Assembly (NCBI GenBank): GCA_002719955.1 | Contig: PBFW01000009.1 | Coordinates: 299,057 to 363,056 of the forward strand | Direction: 5' to 3' | Length of the DNA: 64,000 nt | Origin: Deltaproteobacteria bacterium | Lineage (GTDB): Bacteria > Myxococcota_A > UBA9160 > UBA4427 | Notes under the pieces: generated by a model | What the model was told of the DNA's origin: nothing | The model's database searches: none | What the model saw: only the letters and a program-made list of their open reading frames with translations | Part shown: positions 7,764-17,267 of the stretch, piece by piece | Position numbering within the stretch: the stretch's first letter is position 1 | How the letters are laid out: each line of letters starts with the position of its first letter | Made by a program: the position numbers and the translations under genes

Positions 7764-10448
7764 CTAGAAGACGTCGTCGCGTGCGGCCCGGCGGGCCTTG
7801 CGCGTCGCGCTCTGGTCGGTGGAGCTGCGCTGGGGGGCGGTGCCCTCGAGAAAGGGCTGGAAATACGCGTCCTGGGTATCGGCCTCGGCGAGCAGACCCG
7901 AGGCGCGGTCGATGCGTTGGAATTCGATCTTCTCCGGGACCTCGAAATCGCGTTGGGGGTAGGGCGCCAGCGCGACCTTCATGAAAGCCCCCCAGATCGG
8001 CAGCGCCGCCCTGCCTCCGCTCTCCCCCCAGCCGAGAACCCGGTTGTCGTCGTGTCCCACCCAGACGCCCGTGGTCAGCTCGGGCGAGAAGCCCATGAAC
8101 CAGGCATCCGTGAAATCGTTGGTCGTGCCGGTCTTGCCCGCGAGCGTTCGCCCCAGCGATCTCAATCGTCGGCCGGTGCCCTCCCGAACCACCGTGTGAA
8201 GAAGGTCCGACATCAGATAGGCGTCGGCGGGAGTGACGATCTGCTGGGTCGGTATGATCTCGGAGTCGGGGTAACTCTCCGCGACTGGTCGATCGGGGTC
8301 GGTCAGAGGCTTCAGGATCGGCGGTGGAATCTCGCCGAGGGGCACATCGCCGAGCAGAGGGGTCCCGTTTCGATCCCGCACCTCGAGGATGAAGCGCGGG
8401 ATCACACGCGTCCCGCCTCTGGGATAGACGGCGTAGGCGCGGGTGAGTTCGAGCAGCGTCATGCTGCTGGAGCCGAGTGCGAGCGAGAGGTCAGCGGAGA
8501 GGGGAGCCTGAATGCCGAAGCGGCGCGCATAGTCGATGACATAGCGGACGCCCAGGTCGCGGAAGAGATGGACGGTCGCGTTGTTGATCGATTTCTTGAG
8601 TGCGTCGCGCATGGTCATCGGCCCGTAGAATTTGCGGCCATAATTCCTTGGCGCCCAGACGAACCCGCTGACCGGATCGGTGTAGACGACGGGTCGGTCG
8701 ATCACGGTCGAGACCGGTGTGAAGCCGCGGGTCAACGCGGCACCGTAGATGAAGGGCTTGAAGGCCGAGCCCGGTTGGCGCTGGGCCTGCACCGCGCGGT
8801 TGAATTCGCTGCGGCGGAAATCGTATCCGCCGATCATGGCAATCACGTCGCCGCTCTCGTTGTCGATCGAGAGCAATGCCCCCTCGGCGCGCGGGATCTG
8901 CCAGATATCGAGGCGCGCGAACTCCGGACCGGCCTCCTCTTCGGTCTCAGTGGGAGCGTCAGGGTCCTGCGACAGATCCGCCGAACCGATCGCCGCGGCT
9001 TCGCCGGGCAGGCGGATGAAGCGTGCGACGTCTCCGACGGCGAAGATCGACGTGATTTTCTTGACCGGCCGCGGCCGTCTCTTGGGATCGGGCTCTCGCG
9101 CCCAATTGACATCGTCGAGATGAGCCACGCCCTCGAGCCCGTATCCGAAGCCGATCCGCGCGGCCTGCGCTTCTCGATCGACCTCGAGAACGACCCCCGT
9201 GAGGGGTTCATCGAGGGGAATCGAGTAGCGAAGCGTCGGCACCGGGTCCTCGCTGCGAGTGTGCTCTGTGAGTTCGGTTGTGGCGAGGGCCTCCTTTGCG
9301 GTTGCGAAGGGGCGGCCGAGATCGTCCTCCTCCTTCGGATCGGCGGAATCCATGGCGCCCGTGGTCTCGTCGGCAATGATCGTGAGCAGCTCGGATTTGA
9401 AATCGTCCTCGTTGCTCACGGCGAGCTTCTCGAGTTCGGTGTCGATCGCGCTCGGCGCGATCTGGCGGATCGGGCCTCGATAGCCCCGGCGATGGTCGTG
9501 GGCTTCGAGCCCATCCTGGACGGCCTTGCGGGCTGCGCGCTGGAGGTCGATGTCGAGGGTCGTGTCGATCTTCAATCCAGCGTTCAGGACCGTGTCGCCC
9601 TCCAGTCGATCGAAGAGGAGCCGGCGGACCTCCTCGGTGAAATGCCCTGCGACCCCGATGTTCTCACGATCGGAGTGGCGCTCGATGAGCGGCGGGCTCG
9701 CGATCTCCGCGTCGTAGGTCGGCTGATCGATATAGTGATCGCTGAGCATGCGGCCGAGCACGTAGCGTCGCCGGGCCTCGGCGGGTTCGGGGTTCCGGGT
9801 CGGGTCGTAGGCGCTCGGGCGCTGGACGAGACCGGCGAGCAAGGCGGCTTCCGAGATCCGGAGCTCTGGCGCCTCCTTCCCGAAATAGCTGCGCGCGGCC
9901 TGGCCGATGCCCCAGGCACCATTGCCGAAATAGATCTGGTTCAGATAGAGGTAGAGGATTTCGTCTTTGCTGAATTGCTGCTCGATCTGTCGGGAGAGAA
10001 TGATTTCGCGCATCTTGCGCTTATAGGTCCGCTCGGGCGTGAGCAGCAGGCTCTTGACCATCTGCTGGGTGATCGTGCTAGCGCCCTGGGCGATTCCGCC
10101 CTCGCGCAGGTTGGCCAGTGCGGCGCGGAAGATCGCGACGAGGTCGATGCCCTTGTGCTCGAAGAAGTGGCCATCTTCGGCGGCGACGAAGGCGAGCTGG
10201 ACGTGGCGTGGGATCTGGTCGATCGCGACGAGCCTACGCTTCTGTGTGTAGAATTCGCCGATCAGCTTCCCGTTGCGGTCGTAGACTTCGCTGACGACGG
10301 GCGGGTGGTAATCATCCAGATTCTGGAAATCGGGAAGGTCTCGGATCAGGAGTACGTAGATCGCCAGCGCACCGGTGGCCGCGAGAGCGACCAGGACGGC
10401 GAGCATCACCAGGGCGATCCGGATCCCCCCGGACCGGAAAAAAGCCAT
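7764..10448 (-). CDS. mrcA: Class A penicillin-binding protein 1A (transglycosylase/transpeptidase)
   Basis: GT51 motifs (AAEDGHFFEHKGID, GASTITQQ, RKMREI). Transpeptidase motifs (SAFKPF = SxxK, SINN = SxN, KTGTT = KTG). I chose ATG 10448 (MAFFRSGGIRIALVML... TM anchor) with a TGGAG SD. The ORF extends to 10595. Confidence 0.9.
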   Translation of the reverse strand: MAFFRSGGIRIALVMLAVLVALAATGALAIYVLLIRDLPDFQNLDDYHPPVVSEVYDRNGKLIGEFYTQKRRLVAIDQIPRHVQLAFVAAEDGHFFEHKGIDLVAIFRAALANLREGGIAQGASTITQQMVKSLLLTPERTYKRKMREIILSRQIEQQFSKDEILYLYLNQIYFGNGAWGIGQAARSYFGKEAPELRISEAALLAGLVQRPSAYDPTRNPEPAEARRRYVLGRMLSDHYIDQPTYDAEIASPPLIERHSDRENIGVAGHFTEEVRRLLFDRLEGDTVLNAGLKIDTTLDIDLQRAARKAVQDGLEAHDHRRGYRGPIRQIAPSAIDTELEKLAVSNEDDFKSELLTIIADETTGAMDSADPKEEDDLGRPFATAKEALATTELTEHTRSEDPVPTLRYSIPLDEPLTGVVLEVDREAQAARIGFGYGLEGVAHLDDVNWAREPDPKRRPRPVKKITSIFAVGDVARFIRLPGEAAAIGSADLSQDPDAPTETEEEAGPEFARLDIWQIPRAEGALLSIDNESGDVIAMIGGYDFRRSEFNRAVQAQRQPGSAFKPFIYGAALTRGFTPVSTVIDRPVVYTDPVSGFVWAPRNYGRKFYGPMTMRDALKKSINNATVHLFRDLGVRYVIDYARRFGIQAPLSADLSLALGSSSMTLLELTRAYAVYPRGGTRVIPRFILEVRDRNGTPLLGDVPLGEIPPPILKPLTDPDRPVAESYPDSEIIPTQQIVTPADAYLMSDLLHTVVREGTGRRLRSLGRTLAGKTGTTNDFTDAWFMGFSPELTTGVWVGHDDNRVLGWGESGGRAALPIWGAFMKVALAPYPQRDFEVPEKIEFQRIDRASGLLAEADTQDAYFQPFLEGTAPQRSSTDQSATRKARRAARDDVF

Positions 10449-10545
10449 TTGAACTCCAACGTTTGCAGAAGCTAGCCGACGCCTCCGCCCGTGCGCTACC
10501 ACACGATCCGAATGGGGGACACCCAGCGCCCTCCTGGAGTTCTGA

Positions 10546-11520
10546 ATGCCTGCCGCAAGCACCTCCTCCCGCCCGCTCACACTCGCCTTCGTCATGGATC
10601 CGGTCGAGGCGGAGCCGATGGCGGGCTCGACGACGATCGTGATGATGCGGGAGGCGCAGGATCGCGGTCACACGGTCCTCTACGTCGACCCGGTCGATCT
10701 CGAGGTCGACGCCGGCCGGGTACGGGCCATCGCGATTCCGATCGAACTCGATCTCGAGAGCGACTCGCCCGTTCGTCGTGGTGTCAGCCGGGTCTACGAT
10801 TTCGATTCTGAAATCGATGTCGCCTTTCAGAGAAAGGACCCGCCGGTCGATCGCGATTTCATCGTCGCCACCCAGATTCTCGATGTCTGCCGGGAGACGA
10901 TCGTGCTGAATCGCCCGGCGGCGGTGATCGCCTTCAACGAGAAGCTGCTCGCCACCCAGTTCGCGGATCTGATGCCCGCCACCCGGGTCTCACGCCGGAT
11001 TTCGGAGCTGATGGGCTTCATGGCCGAGCAGGGCGGTCAGATGGTCGTGAAACCGCTCGATGGCAAGGGTGGGGAGGGCATCTTCCATCTGGTCGAGGAC
11101 GATCGAAACCTCAATTCGATCCTCGAGCAGTCCACCGAATTCGGCACCCGCGCGATCATGGCCCAGCAATATCTGCCGGCGATCCGCGAGGGCGACAAGC
11201 GGATCCTGCTGCTCGAGGGCGAGCCGATCGGGGCGGTGCTGCGGGTGCCGGGTGACGGGGAAACCCGCGCGAATCTGCATGTGGGTGGGGCCGCGGTGAA
11301 GGCGCCGCTCGATGACGCCGATCGGGAGATCATTTCGCGGGTCGGGCCCTTCCTGAAGGATCGGGGCCTCTTCTTCGTCGGGATCGACGTGATCGGCGGC
11401 AAGTTGACCGAGATCAACGTGACGAGCCCGACGGGGATTCAGGAGATCAACGAACTCGAGCAGACCCATCTCGAGAAGATCTTCATCGACCGCGTCGAGC
11501 AGCTCGTCGAAGCGCGCTAG
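10546..11520 (+). CDS. gshB: Glutathione synthetase (ATP-grasp)
   Basis: LTLAFVMDPVEAEPMAGSTTIVMMREAQDRGH...VVKPLDGKGGEGIF...LLEGEPIGAVLRVP...RANLHVGG...FVGIDVIGGKLTEINVTSPTG is a typical prokaryotic GshB. Confidence 0.9.
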   Translation: MPAASTSSRPLTLAFVMDPVEAEPMAGSTTIVMMREAQDRGHTVLYVDPVDLEVDAGRVRAIAIPIELDLESDSPVRRGVSRVYDFDSEIDVAFQRKDPPVDRDFIVATQILDVCRETIVLNRPAAVIAFNEKLLATQFADLMPATRVSRRISELMGFMAEQGGQMVVKPLDGKGGEGIFHLVEDDRNLNSILEQSTEFGTRAIMAQQYLPAIREGDKRILLLEGEPIGAVLRVPGDGETRANLHVGGAAVKAPLDDADREIISRVGPFLKDRGLFFVGIDVIGGKLTEINVTSPTGIQEINELEQTHLEKIFIDRVEQLVEAR

Positions 11521-11903
11521 CAGGGTGCGGAAAGACGCTGATGTTTGTCTTGCCAGGCGATCCGACCGCGCGCCGTGTCGTGCTCTGGTTCAGCTCGGCG
11601 CGCTGACGGTCCCGTTGGTTGTATCGGCGGCCCAGCCGTGCGCGCCCAGCATCTGACATGCGCGCGACACGACACCCGGCCGGATCGCGCGGAACGGATG
11701 AGGTTCGCGTCTGGCCGCGCCCTGCCATGGGTGAGGTGGGGGCGCCCACCAGACGGGACGCCTGGCACGGCAGACAACGGCGTCCTTCCGCGCCCTGCTA
11801 AGAAATTCTACGCCACGCTTCAGCAGGCCTTATTCGCCGAGATCGCTGGGCACGAGCCCCGAGACGCACCGGAGCCGTCCTCGAACTGATCGTCGCCTCA
11901 CCC

Positions 11904-13481
11904 ATGCGGTATTCTGCCGGTATGGCTGCCGTCGAAGGCGCACGACCGACCGGGGACGCGACTTCCCACACTGAATACGGGATCCTCCTCGTCGACGACG
12001 AGGAGGCGATCCTGGAGTCCCTCGAGCTGACGCTCGGGACCGGATACCGGATCTTCACCGCCACGAGCGCCGAGGAAGGTCTTGCCCTCCTCGACCGCGA
12101 GGACATCGCGCTGGTCCTCTCCGACCAGGTCATGCCCGGCATGAGTGGCGTCGAGTTCTTCGAAAAGGTGATCGAGCGCAATCCCCGTGCGATCCGGATG
12201 ATGCTGACCGGATACGCCGACATGCCGGCGCTGATCCGCGCGATCAACGAGGGTCGGATCTACCGCTATATCCCCAAGCCCTGGGAGCCCGACGATCTGC
12301 GAATCGCCGTGAAGCGGGGCCTCGAGGTCTACGAGTTATCGAGCGAAAACGCGCAGTTGGCGGATGCACTCGCCGAGGCGAACGAACGGCTGCGGGCGGA
12401 GAACGTCTACCTGCGGCGCGAGGTCGAGGCGCGATATTCCTTCGACGGGATCATCGGGGACGCACCCGCGATGCAGAAGATCTTCGACGTGACGGAAAAG
12501 GTCGCCCAGACCGATGCGACCGTCCTTCTGACCGGGGAGACCGGGACGGGGAAGGATCTCCTGGCGAGGGCAATTCACTACTCCGGATCACGTAAGGACA
12601 AGAAATTCGTGGCCCAGAACTGCGGGGCGCTGCCCGATACGCTGCTCGAGAGCGAACTCTTTGGGCATAAGCGCGGCTCCTTCACCGGGGCGCACGCGGA
12701 TAAGCTGGGCCTCTTCGAAGTCGCGGATGGCGGGACGATCTTTCTCGACGAGATCGGGGAGACGGAGCCCGGGATGCAGGTGCGGCTGCTGCGCGTGCTG
12801 CAGGACGGTGAGATCCGGCCACTGGGCTCCTCCGATACGCGGAAGGTCGACGTTCGCGTCGTCGCGGCCACGAACTGCGACCTGAAGAAGATGGTCGAGG
12901 ATGGGCGTTTTCGGCAGGACCTCTACTACCGCTTGCGCGTCGTCGAAATCGAGCTGCCGCCGCTGCGCGAACGCAGCTCGGATATTCCGGCGATGGCCCA
13001 CCATTTTCTCGATTCCTCCGCCGCCAAGATGAAACGAGCGTTCGTGGGTTTCTCCAATGCCGCGATGGATCGCCTGGTCGGTTATGACTGGCCGGGCAAT
13101 GTGCGCGAGCTCGCCAACGAGATCGAGCGCACCGCGGCGCTGGCCGGGCCGGATGAGACGATTGGTCTCGATGATCTCTCGGAGCATGTGCGGGGGGCGG
13201 TCGTGGGGAGCGGGACTGCGCTAGGGAACGCTGCCATCGCCCTGGCGAGCGCCCTCGATGCGCCGATCGAGGACTGGGATCTGAATCGCTCCGTCGATCG
13301 CCTCAAACGCAACATGTTGATCCGTGCGATGCGCGAGGCGGGAAGCAAGAGTGGCGCGGCGGAACGATTGGGGATTCCGCGGCAGTCGCTCCAGAAGATG
13401 GTGAAGCGACTGGAGATCACCGAGGCCGACCTCGAAGCGCCCGCAGAGTCCTCGCCCGCCGGCGGTGGGTCGAGTGCTTGA
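11904..13481 (+). CDS. Sigma54-dependent response regulator (REC + AAA+ bEBP + Fis-type HTH)
   Basis: REC domain (ILLVDDEE...LSDQVMPGMSG). Walker A GETGTGKD, GAFTGA-type loop GSFTGA, Walker B IFLDEIGE, R-finger region, and C-terminal HTH AAERLGIPRQSLQKMVKRL. Confidence 0.9.
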   Translation: MRYSAGMAAVEGARPTGDATSHTEYGILLVDDEEAILESLELTLGTGYRIFTATSAEEGLALLDREDIALVLSDQVMPGMSGVEFFEKVIERNPRAIRMMLTGYADMPALIRAINEGRIYRYIPKPWEPDDLRIAVKRGLEVYELSSENAQLADALAEANERLRAENVYLRREVEARYSFDGIIGDAPAMQKIFDVTEKVAQTDATVLLTGETGTGKDLLARAIHYSGSRKDKKFVAQNCGALPDTLLESELFGHKRGSFTGAHADKLGLFEVADGGTIFLDEIGETEPGMQVRLLRVLQDGEIRPLGSSDTRKVDVRVVAATNCDLKKMVEDGRFRQDLYYRLRVVEIELPPLRERSSDIPAMAHHFLDSSAAKMKRAFVGFSNAAMDRLVGYDWPGNVRELANEIERTAALAGPDETIGLDDLSEHVRGAVVGSGTALGNAAIALASALDAPIEDWDLNRSVDRLKRNMLIRAMREAGSKSGAAERLGIPRQSLQKMVKRLEITEADLEAPAESSPAGGGSSA

Positions 13482-13579
13482 CGTCGCTCGAAGCATGAGT
13501 CGCGCGCCCGTCGACCGCAGCCGGAAGTGGCGACGGTTCGAGAATATTTTCACGACGAATCGCAAGTGTGTTGGGTAGA

Positions 13580-14125
13580 ATGACCGCAATGGAAACGCTC
13601 TTCACTTTTCGCGTTGAAACCCCGATCGGTCCCCTTCGCATCGTGAGCAGTGAAAAGGGTCTGGTCTACATCGAATTGGCCCATGCGAACGGTCGTGGCT
13701 TCGCCGGTTGGCAAAAGACCCACGCGCCCGATGCCCAGGTCATCGAGCGACGAACCGCGTGCGACGGCACCATCGAGCAACTCCTCGCATACGCCTCGGG
13801 TGAACGTCGGATCTTCGAGATCGCACTCGATCTGCGCGCGACGGATTTCCAGAAGGCGGTCTACGAGCAGGTCGCGAAAATCGGGTATGGCGAAACGGTT
13901 TCCTATTCCGATATCGCGATCGCCATCGATAAGCCGAAGGCCGTTCGCGCGGTGGGCGCTGCGAACGGAGCCAACCCCATCCCCATCGTCGTCCCCTGCC
14001 ATCGGGTGATCGCACGCGGCGGTGCCCTGCAGGGCTACGCGGGTGGGTTGGACCTGAAGGCGCGGCTGCTCGCGATGGAATCGGCGCTGCCGGAAACACC
14101 CCCGGAGCAAGCGCGGCTTTTTTGA
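13580..14125 (+). CDS. ogt: Methylated-DNA--protein-cysteine methyltransferase
   Basis: Active-site IVVPCHRVI, plus FQKAVYEQVAKIGYGETVSYSDIA and RAVGAANGANPIPI. The ORF opens at GTG 13568. ATG 13580 (MTAMETLF...) is preferred. Confidence 0.9.
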   Translation: MTAMETLFTFRVETPIGPLRIVSSEKGLVYIELAHANGRGFAGWQKTHAPDAQVIERRTACDGTIEQLLAYASGERRIFEIALDLRATDFQKAVYEQVAKIGYGETVSYSDIAIAIDKPKAVRAVGAANGANPIPIVVPCHRVIARGGALQGYAGGLDLKARLLAMESALPETPPEQARLF

Positions 14126-14151
14126 CCAGAGCGTGCCTGGCCACGCTCTGG
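14126..14151. terminator. Hairpin between the convergent ogt and Cys/Met-PLP genes (possible bidirectional terminator)
   Basis: Perfect 10-bp inverted repeat CCAGAGCGTG (14126-14135) / CACGCTCTGG (14142-14151) with a 6-nt loop, directly after the ogt stop. No clear U-tract. Confidence 0.4.
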
Positions 14152-14164
14152 CTGAGGGCTCGTT

Positions 14165-15391
14165 TCAGACCTTTGCGAGGGCTTGCTCGATGTCGGCGAT
14201 GATGTCGTCGGCATTTTCGATGCCGCAGGCGTAGCGGACGAGGCTGTCGGTGATTCCAAGCGCGAGGCGCTCCTGCTTGGGTTTGTCCCAGAACGACATC
14301 GTGACCGGCAACTCGACCAGGCTTTCGACGCCGCCCAGGCTCGGCGCCTGGTAGGGGATCGTCGTCGAGTCGATGAAACGCATCGCCCCCTCGAGATCGG
14401 TGTCGATCTCGAAGGTCACGACTCCGCCGGCGCCACTCATGATGCGTTGGGTGACCTCGAAATCGGGATGGCTCGGCAGGCCCGGATAGAAGACCTTGCT
14501 CACCTTCGGATGCGCTTCGAGATATCGGGCGAGGGCCAGGCCGTTCGCGTTGTGGCGCTCCATGCGGATATCGAGTGTCTTGATGCCGCGCAGTAGAAGC
14601 CAGGCCGCGTGGCTGTCCATGATGCCGCCGAGGACGCCGAGTGCTTTGCGCACAGGCTCGACGAGCTTCCGCGGACCCGTGAGGGTGCCGGCGAGCAGAT
14701 CGTTATGACCCCCCAGATATTTGGTGGCGCTATGCAAGACGAGATCGGCACCATCGTCGAGCGCCCTGTGGTTCACGGGCGTGGCGAAGGTCGAATCGAT
14801 GATCATCTTCACGTCCGCGGCACGGGTCACCTCGGCGAAGGCCGGGACGTCGATCACGCGCAGATAAGGGTTGGTCGGTGACTCGGTGAAGAAGAGCTCC
14901 GTATTTGGTCGGATCGCGGCTTTGAAGGCTTCGAGGTTGCTCGGCTCGATCACCGTTGTCTCGACACCCATGCGCGACAGGTACTGTTCGATGAACTGAC
15001 GGGTTCGTCGATAGCAATCACTCGTCACGATCAGGTGGCTGCCCTCGGGCAAGAGCGCCATGAAGGTCGTGGTGGCCGCGCACATTCCGGACGCGAATAG
15101 GATGCTCTCCTCGCCGCCTTCGAGGGCGCTGAGCTTGCGCTCCACGGCGCGCCAGGTCGGATTGCCATAGCGGCCGTATTCCTCACGGTCGCTCTTGCCC
15201 TCCTGGTAGTCGGTGACCTCCTTGGAGTTGCGAAACCAGAAGGTCGATGTCTGATAGATGGGTGTGGTGATCGCGTTGGCTTCCTGCTGTCGCAGTTCGC
15301 CGGCGTGAACGGAACTCGTCGCGCTTCCGCGATCGCTGGGCTCCTCCGGAAGTTTGGGATCCGGCGGTTGAGAATCGTGATCGGACATCAT
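14165..15391 (-). CDS. PLP-dependent Cys/Met metabolism enzyme (cystathionine gamma-synthase / gamma-lyase family)
   Basis: Contains TPIYQTSTFWF..., ESPTNPYLRVIDV, and IIDSTFATPVNHRALDDGADLVLHSATKYLGGHND (PLP-Lys in SATKY). I chose ATG 15391 (MMSDHD...) with a GAGAGG SD. The ORF extends to 15532. Confidence 0.9.
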   Translation of the reverse strand: MMSDHDSQPPDPKLPEEPSDRGSATSSVHAGELRQQEANAITTPIYQTSTFWFRNSKEVTDYQEGKSDREEYGRYGNPTWRAVERKLSALEGGEESILFASGMCAATTTFMALLPEGSHLIVTSDCYRRTRQFIEQYLSRMGVETTVIEPSNLEAFKAAIRPNTELFFTESPTNPYLRVIDVPAFAEVTRAADVKMIIDSTFATPVNHRALDDGADLVLHSATKYLGGHNDLLAGTLTGPRKLVEPVRKALGVLGGIMDSHAAWLLLRGIKTLDIRMERHNANGLALARYLEAHPKVSKVFYPGLPSHPDFEVTQRIMSGAGGVVTFEIDTDLEGAMRFIDSTTIPYQAPSLGGVESLVELPVTMSFWDKPKQERLALGITDSLVRYACGIENADDIIADIEQALAKV

Positions 15392-15722
15392 GTTGCCTCT
15401 CGGCTGATCGGAGACTGCGCGACTCGGGCCCGTCCCCAATCCGCTGGGTCGAATGCGGATCGGATGCGTTTGTCTGGGCGGAGGGACGGTCAGGGGACCG
15501 GCCAGCCCACACATGGACGAGCGTCGAAACACGAAGTGACGATCATGAAGGGACGCTTAGCAACTCCATGGGAGCTCTTTCCTGCACGATTCGGTGTGGC
15601 CTCTGATGAGAAAGGCCCAACCAGATCCCACTCTATGCGGACGGACTGCTCAGATCGGCCGGCCGAGGAAAGGGTTTGCAAACGTCGGAAATCAACCCCT
15701 TGCGTTCGAACCTGAATTCGCA

Positions 15723-15751
15723 AACCTACGATCGAAGGGGGATCGCGTCAA
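15723..15751 (-). promoter_or_regulatory. Sigma70-like promoter candidate, about 325 nt upstream of the Cys/Met-PLP gene
   Basis: The minus strand reads TTGACG (15751-15746), a 17 nt spacer, then TAGGTT (15728-15723), inside the 424-bp divergent intergenic region. Confidence 0.35.
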
Positions 15752-15815
15752 CTCGTCCCCGCCGGTGAGATTCGCCGTGGCCCGAAGGGCCCGGCCGAAG
15801 GAACGAAGAGATCCC

Positions 15816-16415
15816 ATGCAGAGCGCGAATTCGACAGGTCGCCGCATCCTCGTCTTCTGCGCATCGAGCGGAAGCTGTGAGCCCCATTTTCACGATGCAG
15901 CCGAAGCCCTCGGTCGGGAGATCGCCCGCGCGGGCCATACCATCGTGTACGGCGGCGGGGCGGTCGGTTCGATGGGTGCGGTAGCGGGCGGCGCACTCAG
16001 CGAGGGCGGCGAAGTCGTCGGGATCATCCCCCGCTTCATGCGAGAACTCGAATGGGCGCATCCGGGATTGTCGGAGCTGCGACTCGTCGACGATATGCAG
16101 CAGCGCAAGCGCGATATGCTCGCGACCTCCGACGCGATCGTGACGCTGCCCGGCGGTTCTGGGACCTTCGAAGAACTCTTCGAAGCGATCACATCGAAAC
16201 GGCTCGGACTCTTCCCGAACCCGATCGTGATTCTCAACCAGCGGGGTTTCTACGACCCGCTCTTCGAGCTCCTCGAGAGCAGCGTCTCCGAGCGCTTCAT
16301 GAACGAGGCGCATCTCGAGATGTGGCACTCGGTCGAACGTGTCGCGCAGGTTCTGCCCGCGATCGACGCGGCGGCGCATTGGCCGGACGACGCCGTCGAG
16401 TTTGCGACCCTGTGA
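15816..16415 (+). CDS. LOG family protein (TIGR00730; cytokinin riboside 5'-monophosphate phosphoribohydrolase-like)
   Basis: Contains RILVFCASSG...IVYGGGAVGSMG...IVTLPGGSGTFEELFE...PIVILN, the LOG signatures GGGxGxMG and PGGxGTxEE. ATG 15816 has an AAGGAA SD. Confidence 0.85.
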   Translation: MQSANSTGRRILVFCASSGSCEPHFHDAAEALGREIARAGHTIVYGGGAVGSMGAVAGGALSEGGEVVGIIPRFMRELEWAHPGLSELRLVDDMQQRKRDMLATSDAIVTLPGGSGTFEELFEAITSKRLGLFPNPIVILNQRGFYDPLFELLESSVSERFMNEAHLEMWHSVERVAQVLPAIDAAAHWPDDAVEFATL

Positions 16416-17167
16416 GCCCGCCGCCGGATCGCAAAGCGACTCCCGCCGCGATTCTTTCGACGAGGGCGTTGGTCGACGAACTCGTGAACGCCTTTCCCTT
16501 TCCCGATCCGCGGGGCGCGGATGCTCGCGGCTTGCTCGCCCACGGGGGCGACCTCGCACCCGAACGACTGCTCTCGGCCTACGCCCAGGGCATCTTTCCC
16601 TGGTACGACGAGGATCCGATCCTGTGGTTCTCGCCAGATCCGCGCATGGTTCTGCGGCCGGCAGAACTGCACGTCGGTCGTTCGCTCGCAAAGCGGGAAC
16701 GCGCCGCTCCCTACGCAATCAAGATGGATGCGGCTTTTCGCGACGTGATCCGAGCGTGTCGAGACGTTCCAAGACCGGGTCAGGACGGAACCTGGATCAA
16801 CGAGGACATGATCGAGGCCTATTGTGAATTGCATCGGCTGGGTTTTGCCCATTCGGTCGAGGCGTGGCTCGCGGACGAGCATAGCGGCGGTGAGGAGAGG
16901 CTGGTCGGTGGGCTCTACGGAATCTCGTTAGGCCGAGCCTTTTTTGGTGAGTCGATGTTCGCGCACGCCCCGGATGCCTCGAAGATCGCCTTCACCACCC
17001 TGGTCGGGATGCTCGATGGATGGAATTTCGAATTCGTGGACTGTCAGGTCTGGACGGAGCATCTGGCGCGCTTCGGCGCGACGGAATGGGATCGCGACAA
17101 ATTCCTGGATGCACTCGATCAAGCGATCGAGGGAGAGACGCGCCGGGGTCCCTGGGCTCTCGATTGA
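16412..17167 (+). CDS. aat: Leucyl/phenylalanyl-tRNA--protein transferase
   Basis: Contains LLSAYAQGIFPWYDEDPILWFSPDPRMVL...GTWINEDMIEAYCELHRLGFAHSVE...LVGGLYGISLGRAFFGESMF. GTG 16412 overlaps the LOG stop (GTGA). Confidence 0.9.
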   Translation: MSPPPDRKATPAAILSTRALVDELVNAFPFPDPRGADARGLLAHGGDLAPERLLSAYAQGIFPWYDEDPILWFSPDPRMVLRPAELHVGRSLAKRERAAPYAIKMDAAFRDVIRACRDVPRPGQDGTWINEDMIEAYCELHRLGFAHSVEAWLADEHSGGEERLVGGLYGISLGRAFFGESMFAHAPDASKIAFTTLVGMLDGWNFEFVDCQVWTEHLARFGATEWDRDKFLDALDQAIEGETRRGPWALD

Positions 17168-17267
17168 ATTCCGATTCCCGTCGCCGCGCAATCTCCGCCG
17201 AGGGCGACCGGAGGCCAGGTCGGGCGTCCCCGTGGTTCCAGCGCGAGACCTCCGAAAAGCGATGTGT

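Noticed and set aside
7518-10475. 985-aa ORF on the plus strand opposite the PBP1A gene. Similar giant antisense ORFs occur at 24621-27473 (950 aa), 19161-21389 (742 aa), 42224-43852 (542 aa), 40937-42184, 33569-34993 and 60940-62403.
   Set aside because: Each lies antisense to a gene with unmistakable family motifs (PBP1A, sulfatase fusion, CoA-transferase, SerS, SelB, Nuo subunits, CtaD). The translations are Arg/Gly/Asp/Pro/Glu-rich low complexity with no recognisable domains. This is the usual stop-codon-poor shadow frame of high-GC DNA.
11763-11779. TGGCAC hexamer upstream of the sigma54-dependent regulator gene, as a possible sigma54 -24 element.
   Set aside because: The required -12 GC element (TTGC) is missing at the correct spacing. 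The sequence reads TGGCAC-GGCAG-ACAA.
15392-15720. Canonical SAM-I or cobalamin riboswitch in the leader of the Cys/Met-PLP gene.
   Set aside because: The hallmark conserved strings (GAGGGA, GCAACC, GGUGC for SAM-I, and the B12 box) are absent on the minus strand. I kept only a low-confidence note that this is a long leader of unknown type.
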